A stretch of 64,000 bases of DNA from positions 74,682-138,681 of the forward strand of contig JAUSCZ010000035.1 of assembly GCA_030674475.1 (NCBI GenBank), read 5' to 3'. The DNA is from Candidatus Omnitrophota bacterium (GTDB lineage Bacteria; Omnitrophota; Gorgyraeia; Gygaellales; UBA12090). This document shows, piece by piece, positions 9,008 through 17,864 of this stretch (positions are counted from its first letter, which is position 1; the number at the start of each line of letters is the position of its first letter). The notes under the pieces are model-generated. The model saw only the letters and a list, made by a program, of their open reading frames with translations. It was not told the origin of the DNA and ran no database searches. Made by a program: the position numbers and the translations under genes.

Positions 9008-10074
9008 TTCTTGATTTTGGGATATTTTACCCCTAACACCAGACGGTCAATCAAAGGGCTGAAGACATTAATCAAAAGCAGGCTAAACATTACCCCTTCC
9101 ACATAACCGGAAAGTCCGCGGATAAGCACCACCAGAAACCCAAAGAGAACCCCGCAAATCCATTTACCGGCTTTGGTAAAAGGGCTGGTTACCGGATCGG
9201 TGAGCATAAAAAACGCGCCTAACAACAGGCCTCCGCTGGATATCTGAAATAGTGCCGGAGCAAATTTGTCCGGGGCAAAAAAATTGCCAATCCCGGCGCA
9301 AATCACAACCGATAACAAAGCGCTAAGCGGAAGCCGCCAGTTGCTTATTTTGGCAAAAATCAGGAATATCCCGCCGATAAGTATCCCTAAACGGAAGGTC
9401 TCCCCAATACATCCCGGACTTCCTCCTAAAAGCAGATTCCCGAAATCAGCAATTAGGCGCTCATTTCTAAAGGTGATTAAAGGTGTGGCCTGACTGACAG
9501 CATCCGCGGAAAATTTTAAGAATCCTCCCGCGCCTTGATTGAAAGGCATGGGCCAGAAAGTAGTCATCGCCGAGGGAAAGGCCACGCTCAAGAAAATCCT
9601 ACCCACAATCGCCGGATTAAAGATATTCCTGCCGGTTCCCCCAAAAACCTCTTTACCAAAGACCACCCCAAATATTACTCCCAGCGCCACCATCCAAAGA
9701 GGAACATTCGGGGGAAGGATTAAGGGAAAGAGTAAGCCGGTAACCAGAAAACCTTCGTGAATCTCTTTTTTGCGCGCTATGGCAAAAATAGTTTCCACTA
9801 AACCACCGAAGATGTAAGAAACCGCGATTACCGCCAAAACCCTTAAGCCCCATAAATATACCGCGGCAACCACCACCGGAATAAGAGCGGCAATCACCAA
9901 GCTCATATAGCGCTTGATATCCATACAATCCAGTATGTGGGGAACGGTGGTAACCTTATCCGTTCCAAAGAATATCTCATCAGCCGCGCTGATTGCCGGC
10001 TTCCAGGGCGCCAGGAGCTTATTTTTTTGGCTCAGCTTATTTAGATTATTGAAAATATTCCTCAAGATTTTCAT
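9004..10074 (-). CDS. rnfD: Rnf/Nqr complex subunit D (RnfD/NqrB family)
   Basis: 356-aa polytopic membrane protein; operon position. Confidence 0.75.
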   Translation of the reverse strand: MKILRNIFNNLNKLSQKNKLLAPWKPAISAADEIFFGTDKVTTVPHILDCMDIKRYMSLVIAALIPVVVAAVYLWGLRVLAVIAVSYIFGGLVETIFAIARKKEIHEGFLVTGLLFPLILPPNVPLWMVALGVIFGVVFGKEVFGGTGRNIFNPAIVGRIFLSVAFPSAMTTFWPMPFNQGAGGFLKFSADAVSQATPLITFRNERLIADFGNLLLGGSPGCIGETFRLGILIGGIFLIFAKISNWRLPLSALLSVVICAGIGNFFAPDKFAPALFQISSGGLLLGAFFMLTDPVTSPFTKAGKWICGVLFGFLVVLIRGLSGYVEGVMFSLLLINVFSPLIDRLVLGVKYPKIKK

Positions 10075-10083
10075 TTTAGCTTG

Positions 10084-11580
10084 TTATAATTCCTTAGGTC
10101 CGCGGTATTCTTCAATGCCTTTAAGGTTATCAAAATAAGGCAGAATGCACTGGTTACGGTCACAGCCCTGGATAGTCAGCTTTTCCTGCCCTTCTCTTAT
10201 CTGTTTGGCCAAGGGAATCTTGGAAGGGCAAACATAACTACACAGGCCGCACTCAATACAGTTAAATATGCGCAGGTTCATTAAGGTTTCATCAAGGATA
10301 TTACACTGAACATATTTGACTAAAAGATGAGGAATAATCCCCACCGGGCAAACCTCTTCGCAGTAATTACAGCTTATGCAGGGACGCTCCTCACCGTGTT
10401 TATTGGTGTCGCAGGTCTTTTGAATCCTTGGGGAAAGCTTGGCCATAAAGGCATTGGAGTAAGAGTCGCTTTTTAACCCCGGATTCAGAAAAGACAAAAA
10501 CTTTCTTTCGCGGTTTTCCACCAGACCGATTATCTGAGAATAGGTCTTATCTATGGGAAGGCTTAGATCCTTAAGTTCAAATCCAGTCAGCAGGCCGTTA
10601 AGCACAAAGCGCGCGCTAAGGCCTTCCTTAATTCTTCCCTCAACCACCTCTTTTAAGGGAGTGCCGATCCTGGCCTTGATATGCAGGGGCTCCTTGAATG
10701 CCGGGCCGCAAAGAGCGATAGTCCTTTCAATCAGGGGCTTACCCTCAATCACCGCCTCATAACTAAGCAAAACCGCCTGAAGATTCAAAATCACCGCTCC
10801 TACATTTGCCGCGGAATAACCATAGGGGAACTTCTGCTTTAAGATAGTCGGGACCAGCATCTCATCATAGCCTTGAGGATACTTAGGCTCCAGGGGATAA
10901 AGCTCCAGCCAATCATAAGCAGAAGTAAGTTTTTCTATCTCCTCCAGGATTTTCCGGCTGTGGATGCTTAAAGCCAAATACACCCGGGCATGAGGCATAA
11001 TTTTACGCAGTATCTTTATGCCTTCAATCAGGTTTAAAATATTTTTACCTTTAAGTAAAAGTTCCGGAGAAATATTGTATGGCTCTGAACCCACCCCGTG
11101 AACAATCAGGCTTTTAGCCTCTTTAGGCAGAATTATCGAACTACGCATCCGGGTTGGGATGCCTTCCCGGTCAAGGGCGGTAACCCCGGAAAGGTAAAGT
11201 ATTTTTTCTATCTCCTCAGAAGCAAGGCTTTCCCAATTATTTATGGCTCCCGGCAATTTTTGGTATCGCGGATTGCCGTCTCCTTTAATTGAAACCATAA
11301 GGCAGTCGCGCTTAAAATAATTTACCCTCTTAACCTCTTCCACTACGCCGTTAACACTGGAATGCACCGGGCTGGACACACCATACTCGCTATGGCCGAT
11401 AATCTGCCCGGCCAAAACCCCCTCTCCAGCCTTAACCAAGCAGTCTCCTTCTCCGCCGAAACCCTGGCGCAGAGGTATGGTAACCCTAAGAGGAACTCTT
11501 ACCTCTTCTAAAGTATCCTTGGGCTGGCCTTCAAAGTTTATAAATCTGTATCCGCCTGAAAATGTCTTGGATTTTCGCAT
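10084..11580 (-). CDS. rnfC: Rnf complex subunit C (two 4Fe-4S ferredoxin motifs)
   Basis: RnfC/NqrA-type N-terminal domain, plus C-terminal CISCNYCEEVCP and CIECGLCSYVCP. The dicluster is RnfC-specific and absent from NqrA. Confidence 0.8.
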   Translation of the reverse strand: MRKSKTFSGGYRFINFEGQPKDTLEEVRVPLRVTIPLRQGFGGEGDCLVKAGEGVLAGQIIGHSEYGVSSPVHSSVNGVVEEVKRVNYFKRDCLMVSIKGDGNPRYQKLPGAINNWESLASEEIEKILYLSGVTALDREGIPTRMRSSIILPKEAKSLIVHGVGSEPYNISPELLLKGKNILNLIEGIKILRKIMPHARVYLALSIHSRKILEEIEKLTSAYDWLELYPLEPKYPQGYDEMLVPTILKQKFPYGYSAANVGAVILNLQAVLLSYEAVIEGKPLIERTIALCGPAFKEPLHIKARIGTPLKEVVEGRIKEGLSARFVLNGLLTGFELKDLSLPIDKTYSQIIGLVENRERKFLSFLNPGLKSDSYSNAFMAKLSPRIQKTCDTNKHGEERPCISCNYCEEVCPVGIIPHLLVKYVQCNILDETLMNLRIFNCIECGLCSYVCPSKIPLAKQIREGQEKLTIQGCDRNQCILPYFDNLKGIEEYRGPKEL

Positions 11581-11753
11581 GCTGGCTTGTTAATAATTTC
11601 ACAATCTAAATTTAAATAAAAAATGCTATTTTTGACGCAAACAGCATAACGGTTAAAATAACCCAAAAAACACCGTCTGTCAAGTTAAATCAGTAGGGGT
11701 GTCAAGCCAAATTAGAAATGTCGTATTATTATATTGGGATGACAGTTAAATCA

Positions 11754-11782
11754 GTAGGGGCAGGTTCAGAACCTGCCCCTAC
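11754..11782. repeat. REP-like palindrome variant GTAGGGGCAGGTTCAGAACCTGCCCCTAC overlapping the stop codon of the MiaB-like gene; likely terminator
   Basis: Perfect inverted repeat read from the sequence. Its left arm GTTAAATCAGTAGGGG is duplicated at 11684-11699. Confidence 0.65.
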
Positions 11783-13140
11783 ACTTTTTCCGCGATAAGG
11801 CCGTCTTTGTGGATTTTTAGCGGCCGGGCGGTAACAATTGTATTTACCGCGATTCCCGGCCCCTCAGGGAGAAATACCTTGATATAATTTCCGCTATGGC
11901 TGGGGAAAAATCCATCATCCGCGAAGCCGCCTGGCGATTCAACCAGCACGTCCAGATCCTTACCAATATATTGCCGGCAGAAATCCCGCGCTAATTCCTG
12001 AGCCAATTCCCGCGCCTGCTTTATCCTATCTTTGATAATCTCGGGCCTCACCGTTGCCGGAAATCTCCAAGCGGCTGTATTCTTACGTGGGCTAAAAGGA
12101 AAGATGTGTATCTTTGCCGGGCGGACTTCTCTTAAAAAATTAAGGGTATTCTTAAAATTTTCCTCTTCTTCCCCGGGAAAACCCACCATAATATCGGTAG
12201 TCAACCCGATATCCGGCATAAGCCTCCTCAGCTTAAGGATTAACTCGCGGCAATCTTCAGCTGAGGCCTTGCGGTTCATCAACTTCAATAGTGTATCATC
12301 CCCACTTTGAAAAGAAATATGCAGATGAGGCATCAGCTTCTTAGAGGAAGCCATCTTTTCTGTCAGGCAATCGCGGACATCCAGGGCTTCAATTGAGCTA
12401 AGCCGGATACGCGAAATCCCGTCAATTTCCTCTAAGGCTTCAATAACCCTAAGCAAGCCGTCTTTAAGGCCCAGATCCTTTCCATAAGCGCCTAAGCAAA
12501 TCCCGCAAAGCACTATCTCCTTATAGCCGTTTTCAGCTAAACCTCTGGCTTCCTCAATAATTTCCACTAAAAAGCGGCTGCGGGATGAACCGCGCAATCT
12601 GGGAATTATACAATAAGAACAGCCGTTATCACAACCGTCCTGAACCTTCAGGAATGCCCGGGTGTGCCTATGAAAAGCGCTGATGGTTCGACTACGCTCA
12701 CCATCAATCCTGAGCGAAATCGAAGGACTGATGGTTGGTTTTTTAATACCTGATAACAGTTCAACTCTGGGAAGTAACTGTGTCATTGCGAGGGGTTTTT
12801 CAGTGTTAGCTAAAATAAAATCGGCAAGACGGTCTTTCTCTTGGTTTCCTAAAACCCCTGCCACCCCTTTAAAGCGCTTTAGCTTCTCCGGGTCATTTTC
12901 CGCGGAACAACCGGTAACAAAAACCCGGGCCCGGGGGTGAGAGCGAGAGAGTTTGCGAATCTCCTCTTGAGATAAAGTATCGGCCCTGCGGGTAACCGCG
13001 CAGGTATTCACTATATACACATCCGCGCCGGGTGAATCCTTGCTCTCTTTAAATCCCAGGGCAATCATTCTCTCCCGCAGAACCTGGCTTTCATATTGAT
13101 TAACCTTACAACCTAAAGTTTTAACCTCAAATGTTTTCAT
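11779..13140 (-). CDS. MiaB/RimO-family radical SAM methylthiotransferase (ORF called to 13173; probable start at 13140, MKTFEVKTLGC)
   Basis: N-terminal MTTase cysteines (KTLGCKVNQYES), a radical SAM CSYC motif, and a C-terminal TRAM-like region. Confidence 0.8.
   Translation of the reverse strand: MKTFEVKTLGCKVNQYESQVLRERMIALGFKESKDSPGADVYIVNTCAVTRRADTLSQEEIRKLSRSHPRARVFVTGCSAENDPEKLKRFKGVAGVLGNQEKDRLADFILANTEKPLAMTQLLPRVELLSGIKKPTISPSISLRIDGERSRTISAFHRHTRAFLKVQDGCDNGCSYCIIPRLRGSSRSRFLVEIIEEARGLAENGYKEIVLCGICLGAYGKDLGLKDGLLRVIEALEEIDGISRIRLSSIEALDVRDCLTEKMASSKKLMPHLHISFQSGDDTLLKLMNRKASAEDCRELILKLRRLMPDIGLTTDIMVGFPGEEEENFKNTLNFLREVRPAKIHIFPFSPRKNTAAWRFPATVRPEIIKDRIKQARELAQELARDFCRQYIGKDLDVLVESPGGFADDGFFPSHSGNYIKVFLPEGPGIAVNTIVTARPLKIHKDGLIAEKV
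12680..12732. repeat. in-frame intragenic palindromic element, family A copy 1 (CTGATGGTTCGACTACGCTCACCATCAATCCTGAGCGAAATCGAAGGACTGAT)
   Basis: 52 of 53 nt identical to 13693-13745, which lies inside a different gene and reading frame. Confidence 0.8.
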
Positions 13141-13141
13141 A

Positions 13142-13930
13142 CTATGACGTGAATAAACGCAAAAAGGCCACAACGCTGATTGCCGCGGTATCTACCTTCA
13201 AAACCAAATCTCCCAAAGACGCCCCAATACAACCGTTTTCCTTGGCTGACTTGATTTCCCGTGGGCTAAAATCGCCTTCCGGGCCGATAAAAATTATTAT
13301 TGAGGAGGGCTTAGTGCGCTGTGTAATAAAATCGCAAAAAACCTCTTTTAGGGATTTATTTCCTGGGCCTAAATGCGGAATAACCGCCAGTTCATAATTT
13401 TTTACCTGAGAGACAACTTTACTAAATTCACTGATCGGCTCAATCTCCGGAAGTTTTATCCTGCCGCACTGCTTAGAGGCCTCAACCGCAATCGCCTGCC
13501 AGCGCTTCAGCTTTTCTTTAGCCTTCTCAGGAGAATATTTAACTATGGTTCTTTCAGTCTTTATAGGTATAATCCTATCCACACCCAGATCCACGGTCTT
13601 TTCAATAATATAGTCCATCTTGACTTTCTTAGGCAGGGCGCAGGCTAAAGTGAGAGCTAATTCTGCAGACATAGCTTTTCTGACTTTACCCACTGATGGT
13701 TCGACTACGCTCACCATCAATCCTGAGCGAAGTCGAAGGACTGATAACTCCACCTTATTCTTAGCAATACTATCAATCAGACACTCGTATTCCCGGGACT
13801 TACCGTCAAAAACCAGCACCTGGTCTCCTTTTTTAAGCCGCCTAACCGAAGACAAGTGATGAATCTGGCCGGGGTCTAAAATAGTTATTCTATCCCGGAT
13901 TATATTCGCGCGAGGGCAATAGATACGCAT
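13142..13930 (-). CDS. rsmE: 16S rRNA (uracil1498-N3)-methyltransferase RsmE
   Basis: PUA-like N-terminal domain plus a SPOUT C-terminal domain, ~260 aa. Confidence 0.7.
   Translation of the reverse strand: MRIYCPRANIIRDRITILDPGQIHHLSSVRRLKKGDQVLVFDGKSREYECLIDSIAKNKVELSVLRLRSGLMVSVVEPSVGKVRKAMSAELALTLACALPKKVKMDYIIEKTVDLGVDRIIPIKTERTIVKYSPEKAKEKLKRWQAIAVEASKQCGRIKLPEIEPISEFSKVVSQVKNYELAVIPHLGPGNKSLKEVFCDFITQRTKPSSIIIFIGPEGDFSPREIKSAKENGCIGASLGDLVLKVDTAAISVVAFLRLFTS
13693..13745. repeat. in-frame intragenic palindromic element, family A copy 2
   Basis: Same 53 nt as 12680-12732. Translated in rsmE as SVLRLRSGLMVSVVEPSV, versus ISPSISLRIDGERSRTISA in the MiaB-like gene. Confidence 0.8.
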
Positions 13931-14014
13931 AATAAGAAGAAACTAAAAAAACCATTAAAAAAACAAAAACAATTTTGGTAATAACCGCTGTTTAAGTTAT
14001 AATATAGGAAAGGA

Positions 14015-16219
14015 TTGGTGTTGTCAATGCTGTCACTTATAATGTCACTCATAATCTTCTGCTTAGGATTAGGTTCGATTATCTCCCAGTTCGTATTTCT
14101 GCGTGAACTGCACACCACCTTCCAGGGAAATGAACTCTCCTTGAGCCTGATATTATTCTCCTGGCTATTTGGTTCCGGAATAGGCGGCCTCTTAGGATTT
14201 TTCTTTTCCTTAAGGAAAAGAAAATCTATCCATTCGAATTACCTCAAAAATTTATTAAGCCTCATCCTGATATTCTCCGCCTTTTGGCTTTTTATCAGCC
14301 TATTCCTCAGCCGCGGCTTAAATCTGTTTCTCTCTATCAGTCCTTTTGAAATACTCCAGCCCGGGCAAATCCTCTTGATTTCAACCATAGTCATAGTCCC
14401 TCAGACAATTACCGTGGGATTATCCTTTATCCTTATCTGCTCAATAATCCAGAATCCCATTAAGGCTTATCTTTTAGAGGCCCTGGGGGCGTTTTTCGCC
14501 GGCCTGTTAAGCCTGATCCTGATAAAATATTTTAACAACTGCCAAATCATCTGGACAATAGCAATAATTTATACCGCATCCGGCCTTCTGCTTTTAAATA
14601 AAAAACTCACATATTATCGGCTCCTGCTAATAATATGGGCCTCCTGCGCTATCTTATCTCTAGCCATGCTTAGCAAGATTGAAGAGAGCACCCAAAATCT
14701 GCGCTTTGGACCTCAAAAACTTATTTACTCTACAGATTCTATCTATGCCAATATCGCGATTGTCAAAAACGCTGAATACTCCTACAGCCTTTATGAAAAT
14801 GGTAAACTCTCTTTCTCAACTGAAGACAGCGAATCAATTGAAGAATGGGCCCATATGCTTTTACTCAGCCACGCCACGCCGCGAAAGATTTTGCTTATCG
14901 GAGGAGGCGTCTCCGGAGTCATCTCCGAAATACTCAAACATCCAATTAAATCTATAGACTATCTGGAGCCGGATAAAAAGCTGATAGAATCTGTCCTAAA
15001 ACATATCCCCCAAAGCGCCTTTTATGGCCTTAGAGATAAAAAAGTAACTATATACAATCAAGACGCCCGGCCTTTCATCAAAGCTGCTTTTACTAAATAC
15101 GACTTAATTATTCTAAATTTAGGCGGCCCCTCCAGCTTGCAGTTAAACCGCTTCTACACCCAGGAGTTCTTTGAAAAGATAAAGAATATTTTAAGCCAAG
15201 AAGGCAGATTCTGTTTTTCTTTTGAATCCAAGGAAGATATCCTCGCCGGACAACTCCTGAAATATAACTCCTGTCTCTATAAAAGCGCTAAATCGGTATT
15301 CCCTTATCTTCAACTTATTCCCGGCGAACGCCTGACCCTCATCGGCTCAAGCGAAAATATCCCTAAAATAAACCCCGAAGAATTAGCCGCGAGATTTAAG
15401 GAAAGAGACATCCAAAGCAAATACTTTACGCCATATCATATCAAGGCAAAACTATTCCGGCAGGAGTATATCCAAAAAAGGCTGGAGGAAAATTTTAACC
15501 TTGCCAGCATAAACCGCGATTATTATCCTTCAGGTTTTTTCTATTATTTAGGCCTGCGGGGAAAACAAAGCTGGTTGAATTTCAACCGGATGTGGGAACT
15601 CTCCGGAAAAATAAAAATGATTTATGGCTTTGGCTGTATGGAAAGCCAAACCATTGCCTTGCTGGCTTACTGGATTGCCACGATGCTAATCCTTGGGGTT
15701 ATTGGACGCAAGAATATCGTTAATTTGTCCGTCTTCTCCAGCGGCTTCTATGGTATCGCCTTAGCAATAATTATCAGCCTGCTCTTTCAGATAAATCTGG
15801 GCTTTCTTTATTACCGCCTGGGAATGATTGTGGCTAATTTTATGTTAGGGCTTTCCTTAGGAGGGATTTTGTTTATATACCTGCGGAAAACAAAGCTATC
15901 CTGGGAAAGGGCGTTATTTTTATCGGAAATAGCCTTAGGAATTATTTCTCTACTGGCCGCGTTTATCTTAAAAGATAACCAACTCACTTATTTCCTGCTT
16001 ACCTTACTGGCGGGAATTATAATCGGCTTTGAATTCGGAATATTCTATAGCCGGAAAAAGACAATTACTATTTATATTTTAGATTTGTCCGGGGCCTGTC
16101 TGGGGAGCCTGTTGACCGGCTTAATCTTTGTTCCGGTATTAGGCATATATAACACCTGTTTACTTATTTCATCCGCCAAGCTTATCACTGCTTTTTTTCT
16201 GAGAATACCAAAGCGCTGA
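14015..16219 (+). CDS. multi-pass membrane protein fused to spermidine synthase-like (PABS) domain
   Basis: Many N- and C-terminal TM helices surround a central LLIGGGVSGV...IDYLEPD aminopropyltransferase-like Rossmann motif. Confidence 0.65.
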   Translation: MVLSMLSLIMSLIIFCLGLGSIISQFVFLRELHTTFQGNELSLSLILFSWLFGSGIGGLLGFFFSLRKRKSIHSNYLKNLLSLILIFSAFWLFISLFLSRGLNLFLSISPFEILQPGQILLISTIVIVPQTITVGLSFILICSIIQNPIKAYLLEALGAFFAGLLSLILIKYFNNCQIIWTIAIIYTASGLLLLNKKLTYYRLLLIIWASCAILSLAMLSKIEESTQNLRFGPQKLIYSTDSIYANIAIVKNAEYSYSLYENGKLSFSTEDSESIEEWAHMLLLSHATPRKILLIGGGVSGVISEILKHPIKSIDYLEPDKKLIESVLKHIPQSAFYGLRDKKVTIYNQDARPFIKAAFTKYDLIILNLGGPSSLQLNRFYTQEFFEKIKNILSQEGRFCFSFESKEDILAGQLLKYNSCLYKSAKSVFPYLQLIPGERLTLIGSSENIPKINPEELAARFKERDIQSKYFTPYHIKAKLFRQEYIQKRLEENFNLASINRDYYPSGFFYYLGLRGKQSWLNFNRMWELSGKIKMIYGFGCMESQTIALLAYWIATMLILGVIGRKNIVNLSVFSSGFYGIALAIIISLLFQINLGFLYYRLGMIVANFMLGLSLGGILFIYLRKTKLSWERALFLSEIALGIISLLAAFILKDNQLTYFLLTLLAGIIIGFEFGIFYSRKKTITIYILDLSGACLGSLLTGLIFVPVLGIYNTCLLISSAKLITAFFLRIPKR

Positions 16220-17864
16220 AAGTATATTTTTCGGTTTTCGCGTCCTTCCAGGAGTCAGCAGGCAAGCCTGCCTTATGAGCGCATAAATTAGAAAGGAACT
16301 CCTCCTTATTCCAGCCGGTCTCTTCAGCCACCTGAGGCAAAAATACCCCCTGGCTCCACCCCCGTTTGATCAACAAACCGTGCGTGCCTAACTGAAACTC
16401 AGCCACATCATCAATCTTTTTTAAAGGCGAGAGGACCGAAATTTCAATCTCAATATCCTTAAGCTCATCCTTGGTTACCGGCTCAAACCGGGGATCTCCG
16501 GTTGCCGACTCTATGGCCATATCCCTGATGGTTTCAAAAAGAGGCTTCTGGCCGATAATATTACCGATACAGCCTTTTAGCTTACCTTGCTTATGGATAG
16601 TTACAAAGGCACCGTTAATAGCCTTTAGCTGAGGATCATCTTCGCTAAAATCTAATTTTTTCCCGCTGGTTACATATTCCTGAATAGTCTTACGGGCAAT
16701 CTCCAGTAATCGCGCTTTCTGCGTATCATTCAACATAACTGTTTCTCCTGTCTTATCCTTATTAATTAAAGCTGATAAATACCCCACAGTCCACACCCCT
16801 TTTATCTTTTTACCGGAAACCTTAGCGGAATTAGTATGCCCCAAAAACTTTATTTGATTATAGCCTAAGCTTTGCGCGGTAAGTATCGCGCTGACCACCG
16901 GCAATCCCCCGCACATCTGGATTGAACCGTCTTTTAACTTCGCGTAAATATCCTGGGCAGACCCCGTTAGAAGCCTCTTACCGCTTTCAGATTGCTCCCC
17001 AGCTTCTAACGGGGCAGGCATCTTCCCTAAATAGGACAAAGTCAGCTTATCTACTCTCTCGGTTTCCTGGTAGTCATAACTGTGGCAAAGGTCCGTGGAA
17101 GCAATCAGCAACACATCTGAACGGCCCGCGATGGCTTTATTTAATATATCCGCCAAAACATTTAAACCGTGAAGGTCCGCGTCTCCAATCAAAATGGGAA
17201 CTATCTTAAAATCATCCAGGGTCTTTTGTAAGAAAGGAAGCTGAACCTCAATGGAATGTTCTTTTTCAAAAGCCTGAGGGATAAAGCTAATATTTTGGGA
17301 AGGAGAAATTATTTTTTGCGTAAAATCAGAGTCTACTTCTAGGTCTCCCAGGGGGGTTTGGAACTTACCGGATGGATATACTGAGACTCCCTTAAAATAA
17401 TACTGGTGACTGGGCCCCAGGAGGACCACGGTTTTATAAGGACGGCCTTTAATTAACTTATAGCCCAAGGCGGCGGTCGGCCCGGAGAAATCATAGCCGG
17501 CATGGGGAGAAATCAAACAAAATATTTCGCCTGTGGTGAGCGGTGGGTTGGCCGCGTTAAGCAGGTTTTCAACTTTATGGCTAAGCTCATCTTTATCCGC
17601 GGGATAAAACTGCCCGGCCACATTCGGTTTTTTTATCTCCTCGCCAAAGCTTAGGACATTAAAGCCAAAAAGCGCTCCCCCAAAAAAAAGGAAAAAAACA
17701 ATTGCTGTCCCTACTTTTCTCTTTGAAAAAAAGGAACTTCCCCCTTTCGTAAAGGGGGATGGAGGGGGATTTTCTAGGTTAGGGGAAATTTGGGAGCATT
17801 TACACAATGCACTAAGCCCAGATTCCGGCGATTGTTTCCTGACAAAACTTGCAATGCCCATCAA
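16185..17864 (-). CDS. AmmeMemoRadiSam system fusion protein: Memo1-like (protein B) plus AMMECR1 (protein A) domains, with N-terminal hydrophobic segment; start codon uncertain
   Basis: The Memo-like core is ISPHAGYDFSG...LCHSYDY. The AMMECR1 core is GAFVTIHKQGKLKGCIGNI...DPRF. A radical SAM partner is adjacent. Confidence 0.7.
   Translation of the reverse strand: MMGIASFVRKQSPESGLSALCKCSQISPNLENPPPSPFTKGGSSFFSKRKVGTAIVFFLFFGGALFGFNVLSFGEEIKKPNVAGQFYPADKDELSHKVENLLNAANPPLTTGEIFCLISPHAGYDFSGPTAALGYKLIKGRPYKTVVLLGPSHQYYFKGVSVYPSGKFQTPLGDLEVDSDFTQKIISPSQNISFIPQAFEKEHSIEVQLPFLQKTLDDFKIVPILIGDADLHGLNVLADILNKAIAGRSDVLLIASTDLCHSYDYQETERVDKLTLSYLGKMPAPLEAGEQSESGKRLLTGSAQDIYAKLKDGSIQMCGGLPVVSAILTAQSLGYNQIKFLGHTNSAKVSGKKIKGVWTVGYLSALINKDKTGETVMLNDTQKARLLEIARKTIQEYVTSGKKLDFSEDDPQLKAINGAFVTIHKQGKLKGCIGNIIGQKPLFETIRDMAIESATGDPRFEPVTKDELKDIEIEISVLSPLKKIDDVAEFQLGTHGLLIKRGWSQGVFLPQVAEETGWNKEEFLSNLCAHKAGLPADSWKDAKTEKYTFSALVFSEKKQ
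16961..17019. repeat. in-frame intragenic palindromic element, family B copy 1 (ACCCCGTTAGAAGCCTCTT...CTTCTAACGGGGCAGGC)
   Basis: About 85% identical to 35410-35470. Encodes MPAPLEAGEQSESGKRLLTGS in the middle of the Memo-AMMECR1 protein. Confidence 0.75.

Noticed and set aside
9266-10138. Several 60-90-aa plus-strand ORFs inside rnfD/rnfC
   Set aside because: They are antisense to well-supported Rnf genes, with no motifs.
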